Made by a program: the position numbers and the translations under genes | Shown here: one piece after another, positions 21,767-31,075 of the stretch | How positions within the stretch are numbered: position 1 is the stretch's first letter | Layout of the letters: each line of letters begins with the position of its first letter | Origin: Flavobacteriales bacterium | GTDB lineage: Bacteria > Bacteroidota > Bacteroidia > Flavobacteriales > UBA7430 | NCBI GenBank assembly: GCA_002692065.1 | Contig: NZJX01000004.1 | Location: forward strand, 1-56,200 | DNA length: 56,200 bases | Reading direction: 5' to 3' | The notes under the pieces: model-generated | What the model was told of the DNA's origin: nothing | The model's database searches: none | What the model saw: the letters and a program-made list of their open reading frames with translations, nothing else

Positions 21767-23002
21767 TTGAATTCAAATAAACATAAATTTTATAGTATTG
21801 GGATCTCACATTGGGAAACTCCAATTGAAATAAGAGAAAAGTATAGTTTAACCAATTATGAAATAGTTAATATATTTAATAAAGCTAAAAAGTTAAAAAT
21901 TGACAGTTTAATAATCATCAGTACATGTAACAGAACACAATTTTTTTCTTTCACAAATAATTTTGAAAAAATAAGATCACTGTTTACAGAAAATACAAAA
22001 TCCCAGGAAAAAAAATTTGAAAAATTTCATTTTGAAATTTCAAATAATGAAGCGATTGAGCAAATTTTTAATCTATGTTGTGGTCTTGACTCAATGATTT
22101 TGGGGGATATGCAAATTTCCAATCAAGTTAAAGAAGCATTAATTTTATCATCTAAAAATAACTTAGTTGACCCCAGAACACATAGGCTTATGCAATATGT
22201 TTTTCAAGCTCACAAGAATGTATTTAATGATACCAATATAAGTAAAGGAGCTGCTTCGGTATCCCATGCTACCGTGTTGTTCATTAGGAATAAATTTAAA
22301 ACACTTAAAAATACAAAGATTTTACTTTTTGGTATTGGTCAAATAGGAAAAATAACTTTGAAAAATATTTCCAATCATGATTGTAAAGAACTAGTGATAA
22401 TTAATAGGTCAAAGTCTAAAATTAGAAATTTGAATTTGAAATCTAAATTCAGGATTGCTAATTTAAATAATCTTAAAAGTGAAATTAACAATTGTGATAT
22501 TTTAATTGTTGCTACTAATTCAGATAAATACACTGTAGATAAAATTCATGTAAATGATACAAAAAAAAACACTTTATTCATTGATTTGTCTGTTCCAAGA
22601 AATATAAATCCAGAAATTTCTGAAATACATAATATTGAATTGGTTGATTTAGATAGCTTACAAAATATTCAAGATGAAACTTTATCAAAAAGAAAATTAA
22701 GTGTTCCTAAAGCAAGAACTATAATTAATTTATATATTAATGAATTTTATGATTGGGAAAAAATGCGAAACCTTTCCCCAACAATTAAAGCTCTTCAGGA
22801 AAAACTTCACGAAATGAGATTAAAAGAGCTTGAAGAACAAAAATTTAGATTAACCAAAAATGAATTTGAAAAAGCTGAAATTTTATCTAAAAGTGTTGTC
22901 AATAAAATAAATAACTTAATTACTGAATACATGAAAACAGAATACAGGAGTTCTGATAAAATTTTAAAAATAATTGAACAAATGTTTAAGATAAGTCAAT
23001 GA
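21767..23002 (+). CDS. hemA: Glutamyl-tRNA reductase
   Basis: STCNRT, GLDSMILG, GIGQIG nucleotide-binding loop, IDLSVPRNI; TTG start. Confidence 0.93.
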   Translation: MNSNKHKFYSIGISHWETPIEIREKYSLTNYEIVNIFNKAKKLKIDSLIIISTCNRTQFFSFTNNFEKIRSLFTENTKSQEKKFEKFHFEISNNEAIEQIFNLCCGLDSMILGDMQISNQVKEALILSSKNNLVDPRTHRLMQYVFQAHKNVFNDTNISKGAASVSHATVLFIRNKFKTLKNTKILLFGIGQIGKITLKNISNHDCKELVIINRSKSKIRNLNLKSKFRIANLNNLKSEINNCDILIVATNSDKYTVDKIHVNDTKKNTLFIDLSVPRNINPEISEIHNIELVDLDSLQNIQDETLSKRKLSVPKARTIINLYINEFYDWEKMRNLSPTIKALQEKLHEMRLKELEEQKFRLTKNEFEKAEILSKSVVNKINNLITEYMKTEYRSSDKILKIIEQMFKISQ

Positions 23003-23895
23003 TAAGAATTGGAACTAGAAAAAGTAAACTTGCGATTTGGCAGGCCAATTTGATTAAAAAAAAATTTGATCACCTAAATATAAAGTCAGATTTAGTTTTA
23101 ATAGATTCCCAAGGAGATAAAATTTTAGATAAGCCGATTAAACTAATTGGTGGAAAAGGTCTTTTCACAAAGGAATTAGATAAAGCTCTTTTAAAAAATG
23201 AAATTGATATTGCAATTCATTCGTACAAAGATGTTCCAACTGAAATAGATGAGAATATAACTGTTTGCTCAGTAATGAAAAGAGGTAATCCCTACGATGC
23301 TATAGTTTATAAATCAAAAAGTAATAAAGTAGATTTTAAAGAATTCAAAGGAGTTGCTACGGGATCTTCAAGACGAAAAGCCCAATGGCTATATAGATTT
23401 AATAATCATAAAATATTCCCGTTAAGAGGAAATGTTGATACTAGAGTTAAAAAACTCAATTTAAATAACTGGGACGGAGCTATTTTTGCTGCAGCTGGAA
23501 TTGAGAGGCTTAATTTCAGTAATTTAAATTACAAAATTTTAAACTGGATGACACCTTGTCCAGCTCAGGGCTCTATTGCGATAATGTGTAACCGTAATAA
23601 TTCAAATATTATCTCTACATGCCAAAAATTTAATGATGAAGAGACTATGATATGTAACACCATAGAAAGAGATTTTCTCAAAAATTTGAACGGAGGATGT
23701 TCATCTCCAATTGGTGGATTAGCTAAAATAAAAAAAAATACAATAGAGTTTAATGGCGAAGTTCTTGATGAATTTGGCCAAAAAAGAATGTCAATAAATC
23801 TTAAAGCTAAATATGATAAATATTCTAGCTTAGGAATTGATGCATCAAAAAAGTTAATAAATCAAGGAGTTATGAGTTTAATTACTAAGAAATGA
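22999..23895 (+). CDS. hemC: Hydroxymethylbilane synthase
   Basis: IGTRKSKLAIWQA, GKGLFTKEL, HSYKDVP, RGNVDTR, GGCSSPIG. Confidence 0.96.
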   Translation: MIRIGTRKSKLAIWQANLIKKKFDHLNIKSDLVLIDSQGDKILDKPIKLIGGKGLFTKELDKALLKNEIDIAIHSYKDVPTEIDENITVCSVMKRGNPYDAIVYKSKSNKVDFKEFKGVATGSSRRKAQWLYRFNNHKIFPLRGNVDTRVKKLNLNNWDGAIFAAAGIERLNFSNLNYKILNWMTPCPAQGSIAIMCNRNNSNIISTCQKFNDEETMICNTIERDFLKNLNGGCSSPIGGLAKIKKNTIEFNGEVLDEFGQKRMSINLKAKYDKYSSLGIDASKKLINQGVMSLITKK

Positions 23896-24548
23896 TTGAA
23901 AAAAATCAAATATGGATAACAAAAAAAATTAATGATACACAAAGAAAATTTGTTGAAGACCTTAATTTAAGTATAATAGAAGAACCTTTAATAGAAATAA
24001 AATATTTAGATTTTCCAAATGATATTCTTCAATTTGATGGGTGGATATTTACAAGTCAAAATGCTTTAAAAAATTTAAAAAATTTAGACTTTAAGGGTAA
24101 AATTTATGTCTTTGGTCAAAAATCTGAAAATATTTTAAAAAAAAAAGGATATAAAAATTATACACTGTCAAAAAAAAATATATTAGATTTAGGAAATAAA
24201 ATATTAAACGATAAATGTAAAAACTTACTTTACCTTTGTGGTAATTTAAGACTTGATATTTTAAGTAACATTTTAAAAAAACACAATATAAATTTAACAG
24301 AATCAGTTGTTTATGAAACTCATCTTGTGCCAAAAAAATTAAATATTAAAAAACATGATAGTATCTTTTTTTTCAGTCCTTCAGCCGTGAAGTCTTTCTC
24401 TTTAAAAAATAATTTTTCAAATGATAATAAATATTATTGTATTGGAGAAACTACTGCAGAAGTTTTAAAAAAATTTGGTCAATCGTCTATAATTCCAAAA
24501 AATTTATCTTTTGAATCTATGATAACCACGCATATCAATAAAAATTAA
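23892..24548 (+). CDS. hemD: Uroporphyrinogen-III synthase
   Basis: IFTSQNA, VVYET, FFSPSAV, CIGETTA; lies between hemC and hemE. Confidence 0.9.
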   Translation: MIEKNQIWITKKINDTQRKFVEDLNLSIIEEPLIEIKYLDFPNDILQFDGWIFTSQNALKNLKNLDFKGKIYVFGQKSENILKKKGYKNYTLSKKNILDLGNKILNDKCKNLLYLCGNLRLDILSNILKKHNINLTESVVYETHLVPKKLNIKKHDSIFFFSPSAVKSFSLKNNFSNDNKYYCIGETTAEVLKKFGQSSIIPKNLSFESMITTHINKN

Positions 24549-25574
24549 ATGAAAAATAAAAATATTAAAAATGATATAATTCTTAAAGTTCTAAATGGAC
24601 AAAGGGTTGATAGGCCACCAGTATGGATGATGAGACAAGCAGGTAGATTTCTTCCTGGATACAGAAAATTAAGATCTGAATTTAGTTTTTTTGAAAGATG
24701 CCAAAATCCAAATCTGGTATCTAAGATAACAATAATGCCAATTAATGATATTAAAACAGATGCTGCCATTATATTTTCAGATATTCTAGTAATACCTCTA
24801 GCTATGGGAATGAATGTTAGTATGATTCCTGATTTCGGTCCTAAATTAGATTCGATAAATAAAAAGGAAGATATTGATAAATTTATCATTCCGGATGTCA
24901 ATAAAAAACTAAATTATGTTTTTGAAGGGATAAAACAAACGATTACAGATTTAGAAAATAAAGTTCCACTAATTGGCTTTGCAGGTTCTCCATGGACAGT
25001 TTTTTGTTACATGATTCAAGGAAGTGGTTCAAAAGACTTTTCTAAAGCTAAAGAATTTTGTTTAAACTATCCTAATTACTCAAAAAAACTTCTTGAACTA
25101 ATTACAATAACTACAATAGATTATATGAGAGGACAAATAAAGTCTGGAATTGATATTTTTCAGCTATTTGATTCTTGGGGAGGTATTTTATCAAAAAAAG
25201 ATTATTTAAAATTTTCCTTCCCATATATTAAAATGATAATTGATCAATGTAATATACCTAATATACTTTTTGCAAAAGGTTGTTGGCATTCTTTAAGAGA
25301 AATTAATAAATTAAAGACAAATGCAATAGGTATAGACTGGTTAATTGAACCTAAATATGCAAGAAATATTCTTGGATATGATAGAGTAGTTCAAGGAAAT
25401 TTAGATCCTTCTTATTTACTTAGTTCAAAGTCAAAAATTAAAAAATTAACATTGGATATGATTAATGAATTCGGATCAAAGAACTATATTGTAAATCTTG
25501 GGCACGGAATTTTACCAAATACTCCTGTTGAAAACGCAAAAACTTTCATTAAAACTGTAAAAGGCTATAGTTAA
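24549..25574 (+). CDS. hemE: Uroporphyrinogen decarboxylase
   Basis: PVWMMRQAGR, IFSDIL, QLFDSW, QGNLDP, NLGHGI. Confidence 0.97.
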   Translation: MKNKNIKNDIILKVLNGQRVDRPPVWMMRQAGRFLPGYRKLRSEFSFFERCQNPNLVSKITIMPINDIKTDAAIIFSDILVIPLAMGMNVSMIPDFGPKLDSINKKEDIDKFIIPDVNKKLNYVFEGIKQTITDLENKVPLIGFAGSPWTVFCYMIQGSGSKDFSKAKEFCLNYPNYSKKLLELITITTIDYMRGQIKSGIDIFQLFDSWGGILSKKDYLKFSFPYIKMIIDQCNIPNILFAKGCWHSLREINKLKTNAIGIDWLIEPKYARNILGYDRVVQGNLDPSYLLSSKSKIKKLTLDMINEFGSKNYIVNLGHGILPNTPVENAKTFIKTVKGYS

Positions 25575-26485
25575 TGGTTGATATAAAGGAAAATTTCACA
25601 TCTCATATAATTGATTTACAAGCAAAAAATTGTAAATCAATTGAAAAAATTGATAAAAAATCTAAATTCAAAAAAGAAAATTGGAAAAGACCTGGAGGGG
25701 GGGGAGGAATTACGATGGTTTTAGAAAACGGAAATATTTTTGAAAAAGCAGCTATTAATACTTCAATTGTTCACGGCAAATTAACAAAATTGTTAAAACA
25801 AAAAATGTCAACTGAATTCAGTAATTTTTATGCTTGTGGAATATCTATTATTATCCACCCAACTAATCCATTTATTCCAACAATTCACTCTAACTTTAGA
25901 TACTTTGAAATTTATGATAATAAAAAAAGAATAAATGAAGCTTGGTTTGGAGGTGGAATAGATTTAACTCCTTATTACATTAATAAGAATGATATTATAT
26001 TTTTTCATACTTTTTTAAAACAAAAATGCGATAAATATGATATCAATTTTTATAATAAATTCAAATCTCAATGTGACCAATACTTTTATAATCACCACAG
26101 AAAAGAAGCTAGAGGAGTAGGAGGTATTTTTTATGATTACCTTGGTAAAGGTGACAAAAAAAATTGGAAAAATCTCATGAATTTTCAAAAAGAGATTAGT
26201 AGTTCTTTTCTTAAGATTTATCTTCCTATTGTAAACAATAATAAAAGTTTATTTTACACCGAAAGTCAAAAATATTGGCAAGAGTTAAGAAGAGGTAGGT
26301 ATGTTGAATTTAATTTGATTCATGATAAAGGTACTCATTTTGGAATTCAAACCAATGGAAGAATTGAGTCAATTTTTGTAAGTCTTCCTCCGAAAGTTAG
26401 GTGGGATTATAATTTTATACCTGAACAAAATTCAAAAGAGCAAGAACTAATAAATATTTTAAAAAACCCTGTAAAATGGATTTAA
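25574..26485 (+). CDS. hemF: Oxygen-dependent coproporphyrinogen III oxidase
   Basis: GGG, HP.NP..PT.H.N.RYF, WFGGG.DLTP, RGVGGIFYD, RRGRYVEFNL, GRIESI. Confidence 0.96.
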   Translation: MVDIKENFTSHIIDLQAKNCKSIEKIDKKSKFKKENWKRPGGGGGITMVLENGNIFEKAAINTSIVHGKLTKLLKQKMSTEFSNFYACGISIIIHPTNPFIPTIHSNFRYFEIYDNKKRINEAWFGGGIDLTPYYINKNDIIFFHTFLKQKCDKYDINFYNKFKSQCDQYFYNHHRKEARGVGGIFYDYLGKGDKKNWKNLMNFQKEISSSFLKIYLPIVNNNKSLFYTESQKYWQELRRGRYVEFNLIHDKGTHFGIQTNGRIESIFVSLPPKVRWDYNFIPEQNSKEQELINILKNPVKWI

Positions 26486-26487
26486 CC

Positions 26488-29265
26488 TTAAAAAACTATA
26501 TTTATTATTTTCTTTGGCACAAAAATTATTTTCATGATTTTTTTATTTTGAATATAGTGTTTAACTTTATCGTGTTTTAAAAGAATTTTCTCAATTTCTA
26601 TCTTATCTTGATCAAGTGAAAATTCTAATTTAAATCTCATTTTACCATTAAATGACACTGGATATAAATATGACTTTTCCTCTAATATTTTAGAATTGAC
26701 ACTGGGATATTTTTGATAGACAATACTTTTATTGTATCCAAGTTTACTCCATAGCTCCTCGCATATATGGGGAGCAAAAGGAGATAAGATTAAAACTAAT
26801 TTTTCAAGAATTTTTTTTGAATAACATTTACTATTAGTTAATAAATTAACTAATACCATTAATGAACTTATTGAGGTATTAAATGAAAATGAATCAATAT
26901 CTTCCTCAACTTTTTGAATTGTCTTATTTAAAACTTTTAAAATTTCAGAACTTGGTTTTATTGAATTAAACTTTAGCCCCCCTTGATCATCATGAAATAA
27001 TTTCCATATTTTTTTTAAAAAATTATGTACTCCATTTATTCCATTTGTGTTCCATGGCTTATATTGTTCAATTGGACCCAAGAACATTTCGTGAATCCTT
27101 AGGGTATCAGCTCCATAATTATCTATTATTTCATCAGGATTAACAACATTATATTTTGATTTTGACATTTTTTCAGTTTCAATACCACAAAAATACTTTC
27201 CATTTTCTAAAATGAATTCTGATTCTTTAAATTCTTGTCTCCATTCTCTGAATCGTTTAATATTTAAAACACTATTTTTGACTAAATTTATATCAACGTG
27301 AATTCTAATTACTTCATATTTATTAATCAATCCATGAGAAACAAAAGTATTTGAATCTTTGATTCTATATACAAAATTTGATTTTCCAAGAATCATCCCC
27401 TGATTCAAAAGCTTTTTAAAAGGTTCATTGATATTAATATGACCAGTATCAAATAAAAACTTAGTAAAAAAACGTGAGTAAAGTAAGTGACCTGTTGCAT
27501 GTTCTGAACCACCAACATATAAATCCACATTTCCCCAATAATTTAACTTGTCTTTAGATACAAATTCTTTACTATTTTTTGGATCCATAAATCTCAAAAA
27601 ATACCAAGAAGAACCAGCCCAACCCGGCATTGTATTTTTTTCAAAGGGCATATTATTTTTATATTCCCAATTTTTAGATCTAGCTAAAGGCGGATCTCCT
27701 TCTTTTGTTGGTAGATACTTTTCAATACTTGGTAATTCTAATGGTAATTTATCATCATCTAAAATTTTTGGGATTCCTAATTTAAAATAAATTGGGAAAG
27801 GCTCACCCCAATATCTTTGTCTTGAAAAAATAGCATCTCTCAAACGATACTGAATTTTCATTAGCCCAATATTATTTTTTTCCAAAAACTTAATTACTTT
27901 ATTGTTTGCTTCAGTGACACCAAGATTATTTAAAAAGTCTGAATTAATAAGCTTTCCCTCTTTCCCTGAATATATTTCATTAGCATTATCTTTACTACTA
28001 ATGACTTTTATTAAAGGTAAATTAAATTTTTTTGCAAATTTAAAATCTCTCAAATCATGAGCTGGAACAGCCATTACAGCTCCAGTTCCATAGGAGGATA
28101 TAACATATTCTGAAATCCATATTGGAATTTCTTTTTTTGTAATTGGATGAATTGCATATGTCCCAGTGAATTCTCCAGTAACCTCTTTTACATCACTTAA
28201 TCTTTCTCTTTCAGACTTTTTATTTGTTTTTACAACATAATTTGAAACTCTTTCATGATAATTTTTTGAAGTGATTTTACTAATCAATTTATGATCTGGT
28301 GCTAATGTTAAATATGTTACTCCAAAAATAGTATCAGGCCTAGTGGTAAATACTTCAATAATATAATTTTCATGTTTATCATTTTTTTTTCCAACCTTAA
28401 ATTTTACTAGTGCTCCATTTGACTTACCAATCCAATTTATTTGTTGTTCTTTTATAGAATGAGTCCAATCAAGTTCTTTAATGTCATCAAGAAGCCTTTG
28501 GGAATAAGCGGAAATTCTTAGAAACCATTGTTCCATTTTTTTTTGAGTAACTGGATAACCACCTCTCTCAGAAAATCCATCTTTAACTTCATCATTTGCA
28601 AGAACTGTTCCTAGTTCTGGACACCAATTTACAAGAGTTTCATCCATATATGCTAATCTATAGCAAAGAAGTATATTTTCTTTTTCATTCTTACTCATTG
28701 AGATCCAATTATCATTTGAAAATCTAAGAACTTTGTTAGAATGTGCTTTTATGTTTAAATTCCCTTCTTTCTCAAAAATTTGTATTAATAATTTAATTGG
28801 TTTTGCTTTATTATCTTTTTTACAGTACCAAGAATTAAAAAACTGTTTAAAGATCCATTGAGTCCATTTATAATAATTTTTATCACTAGTTTTGAGTTCT
28901 CTTTTCCAATCAAATGAAAATCCCATTTTATTAAGCTGTTTTCTATATCTTAAAATATTATTTTTAGTTGTGATTTCTGGGTGTTGACCAGTTTGGATAG
29001 CATATTGTTCAGCCGGTAATCCAAATGAATCATAACCCATAGGATGTAAAACATTATAACCTTTTAATCTCTTAAATCTAGAATAAATATCCGATGCAAT
29101 ATATCCTAATGGATGTCCTACATGGAGACCGGAACCAGATGGATAGGGAAACATATCTAAAACATAAAATTTTGTTTTACTATCATCTTCATTGGATGAA
29201 AAAACATTTTTAATTTTCCAATAATGTTGCCATTTGGATTCAATTTCTTTAAAATTATAACTCAT
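26488..29265 (-). CDS. leuS: Leucine--tRNA ligase
   Basis: MFPYPSGSGLHVGH, FTTRPDT editing domain, SRQRYWG, KMSKS; ATG 29265 (MSYNF) preferred over TTG 29274. Confidence 0.97.
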   Translation of the reverse strand: MSYNFKEIESKWQHYWKIKNVFSSNEDDSKTKFYVLDMFPYPSGSGLHVGHPLGYIASDIYSRFKRLKGYNVLHPMGYDSFGLPAEQYAIQTGQHPEITTKNNILRYRKQLNKMGFSFDWKRELKTSDKNYYKWTQWIFKQFFNSWYCKKDNKAKPIKLLIQIFEKEGNLNIKAHSNKVLRFSNDNWISMSKNEKENILLCYRLAYMDETLVNWCPELGTVLANDEVKDGFSERGGYPVTQKKMEQWFLRISAYSQRLLDDIKELDWTHSIKEQQINWIGKSNGALVKFKVGKKNDKHENYIIEVFTTRPDTIFGVTYLTLAPDHKLISKITSKNYHERVSNYVVKTNKKSERERLSDVKEVTGEFTGTYAIHPITKKEIPIWISEYVISSYGTGAVMAVPAHDLRDFKFAKKFNLPLIKVISSKDNANEIYSGKEGKLINSDFLNNLGVTEANNKVIKFLEKNNIGLMKIQYRLRDAIFSRQRYWGEPFPIYFKLGIPKILDDDKLPLELPSIEKYLPTKEGDPPLARSKNWEYKNNMPFEKNTMPGWAGSSWYFLRFMDPKNSKEFVSKDKLNYWGNVDLYVGGSEHATGHLLYSRFFTKFLFDTGHININEPFKKLLNQGMILGKSNFVYRIKDSNTFVSHGLINKYEVIRIHVDINLVKNSVLNIKRFREWRQEFKESEFILENGKYFCGIETEKMSKSKYNVVNPDEIIDNYGADTLRIHEMFLGPIEQYKPWNTNGINGVHNFLKKIWKLFHDDQGGLKFNSIKPSSEILKVLNKTIQKVEEDIDSFSFNTSISSLMVLVNLLTNSKCYSKKILEKLVLILSPFAPHICEELWSKLGYNKSIVYQKYPSVNSKILEEKSYLYPVSFNGKMRFKLEFSLDQDKIEIEKILLKHDKVKHYIQNKKIMKIIFVPKKIINIVF

Positions 29266-29271
29266 TTTTCT

Positions 29272-29279
29272 CAAAAATA
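29272..29279 (-). promoter_or_regulatory. -7 box TATTTTTG, 6 nt before the leuS ATG
   Basis: TAnnTTTG match on the minus strand. Confidence 0.55.
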
Positions 29280-29376
29280 AAATTCTTTTAAATATAATTA
29301 TTTTAATTTTTTTTATACATCAAATTATTTTATTTTAAATGAATTTATTTAATTAATTTTTTAATTAAGTATTTAC

Positions 29377-29384
29377 TATTTTTG
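29377..29384 (+). promoter_or_regulatory. -7 box TATTTTTG, 4 nt before the glyQS ATG
   Basis: TAnnTTTG match; same spacing as at ffs. Confidence 0.6.
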
Positions 29385-29388
29385 TTTT

Positions 29389-30909
29389 ATGAAGAATAAC
29401 GAAGATATTTTTAAAAAGGTCATTTCTCATTCTAAAGAATATGGATTTGTATTTCAATCAAGCGAGATATATGATGGACTCTCAGCAATTTATGATTATG
29501 GTCCAAATGGAATAGAGTTGAAACTTAATTTAAAAAAATATTGGTGGGACTCTATGGTCAGGGAAAATGAAAATATTGTAGGTCTAGACTCAGCAATACT
29601 GATGCATCCAAAGATATGGAAAGCTTCTGGTCATGTTGATGCTTTCAATGATCCTCTTATTGATAATAAAGATTCTAAAAAAAGATATCGGGCAGATACT
29701 CTTATTGAAAATCATATTGAAAAATTAATTTCTAAAAAAAATAAAGAAATCACAAAAGCTTCAAAAAAGTTTGGAGAAAGATTTAGTGAACAAAAATTTA
29801 TCAGTACTAATACAAGAATAATTGAATATATAACTAAAATTGATTTGATTAAAGAAAAATTTAATTCTTGTCTTAAAAGCGAAAACTTAGAGGGATTAAA
29901 AAATCTTATACTTGATTTAAAAATAGTTTGTCCCATATCTGGTACCTCTAACTGGACTGATGTCAGGCAATTTAATTTAATGTTTGGAACAAATTTTGGT
30001 TCTACAAATGATATTGAATCTAAAATTTGGTTGAGACCAGAAACAGCTCAAGGTATATTTGTTAATTTTTTAAATGTTCAAAAATCTAGCAGATTAAAAA
30101 TTCCATTCGGCATTGCTCAGATTGGTAAAGCTTTCAGAAATGAAATTATTGCAAGACAATTTATATTCAGAATGAGAGAATTTGAACAAATGGAAATGCA
30201 ATTTTTTGTTCAACCAGGGAAAGAAATAACATGGTTCAATAAATGGAAAGAAAACAGAATTAATTGGCATTATAAATTAGGAATAGAAAAGGAAAAACTG
30301 AGATTTCACGATCATGAAAAGTTAGCACATTATGCAAATGCTGCTTGCGATATTGAATATGATTTTCCATTTGGATATAAAGAAATTGAAGGAATTCATT
30401 CAAGAACAAATTTTGATTTAGAATCCCATTCAAGATTATCAGGTAAAAAAATAAAATATTTTGACTCCAAATTAAGTAAAAGTTACACTCCTTTTGTGAT
30501 TGAAACATCAATAGGATTAGATAGAATGTTCTTACTAATTATGTGTAATTCAATTAAGGAAGAATCTTTAAAAGACGGGGAAAAAAGAATATATTTGAAA
30601 TTTCCATTCAATTTATCTCCTGTAAAATTAGCAATTCTTCCCCTAACGAAAAAAAATGATCTTCCAATAATCGCTAGAAAAATATATGATGATTTAAAAA
30701 CACGTTATCATTGTGTAATTGAAGAAAAAGATTCAATTGGTAAAAGATATAGAAGACAAGATGCAATTGGGACCCCCTTTTGTATTACAATAGATAATGA
30801 AAGTCCTCACGATAATAAAGTAACTATTCGAAATCGTGATGACATGACACAAGATAGGATATACATTAACTCAATTAATAATTATATTAACGATAAATTA
30901 ATTTATTAA
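29389..30909 (+). CDS. glyQS: Glycine--tRNA ligase, homodimeric (alpha2) type
   Basis: YDYGP, ASGHVD.F.DP, LRPETAQGIF, FRNEI..FR.REFEQME, SIGKRYRRQDAIGTPFC. Confidence 0.96.
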   Translation: MKNNEDIFKKVISHSKEYGFVFQSSEIYDGLSAIYDYGPNGIELKLNLKKYWWDSMVRENENIVGLDSAILMHPKIWKASGHVDAFNDPLIDNKDSKKRYRADTLIENHIEKLISKKNKEITKASKKFGERFSEQKFISTNTRIIEYITKIDLIKEKFNSCLKSENLEGLKNLILDLKIVCPISGTSNWTDVRQFNLMFGTNFGSTNDIESKIWLRPETAQGIFVNFLNVQKSSRLKIPFGIAQIGKAFRNEIIARQFIFRMREFEQMEMQFFVQPGKEITWFNKWKENRINWHYKLGIEKEKLRFHDHEKLAHYANAACDIEYDFPFGYKEIEGIHSRTNFDLESHSRLSGKKIKYFDSKLSKSYTPFVIETSIGLDRMFLLIMCNSIKEESLKDGEKRIYLKFPFNLSPVKLAILPLTKKNDLPIIARKIYDDLKTRYHCVIEEKDSIGKRYRRQDAIGTPFCITIDNESPHDNKVTIRNRDDMTQDRIYINSINNYINDKLIY

Positions 30910-30936
30910 AATTATAAAGTTTTTGATAATTTAATT

Positions 30937-30944
30937 TATATTTG
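30937..30944 (+). promoter_or_regulatory. -7 box TATATTTG of the SRP RNA gene
   Basis: TAnnTTTG 4 nt before the first paired base of the ffs stem. Confidence 0.7.
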
Positions 30945-30948
30945 ATAT

Positions 30949-31040
30949 ACAAGTGATTAGACAAGTAGCTCCCTTTGAACTCCTCCAGGGTGGAAACACA
31001 GCAAAGGTATTAGGTTGAGCACTGTGATTTAGTCACTTGT
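30949..31040 (+). ncRNA. ffs: Signal recognition particle RNA (small bacterial 4.5S type)
   Basis: Long hairpin closed by ACAAGTGATTAGA / TTTAGTCACTTGT; apical CCAGG-GTG-GAAA-CAC-AGCA matches helix 8 (GNRA tetraloop, CAGG/AGCA internal loop); followed by a T-tract; locally higher GC. Confidence 0.9.
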
Positions 31041-31050
31041 TTTTTTTTTT
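31031..31050 (+). terminator. T11 tract after the ffs closing stem (probable intrinsic termination)
   Basis: Stem end AGTCACTTG followed by T at 31040-31050. Confidence 0.6.
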
Positions 31051-31075
31051 ATGAATTATTAAGTATTTTTATTAA

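Noticed and set aside
6535-30909. Five aminoacyl-tRNA synthetase genes within 25 kb as a functional cluster
   Set aside because: They are on different strands and in separate transcription units, with no shared leader seen; compatible with a compact genome.
30949-31050. Riboswitch or attenuator controlling the LOX gene
   Set aside because: The helix-8 signature, single long hairpin and own promoter fit SRP RNA better.
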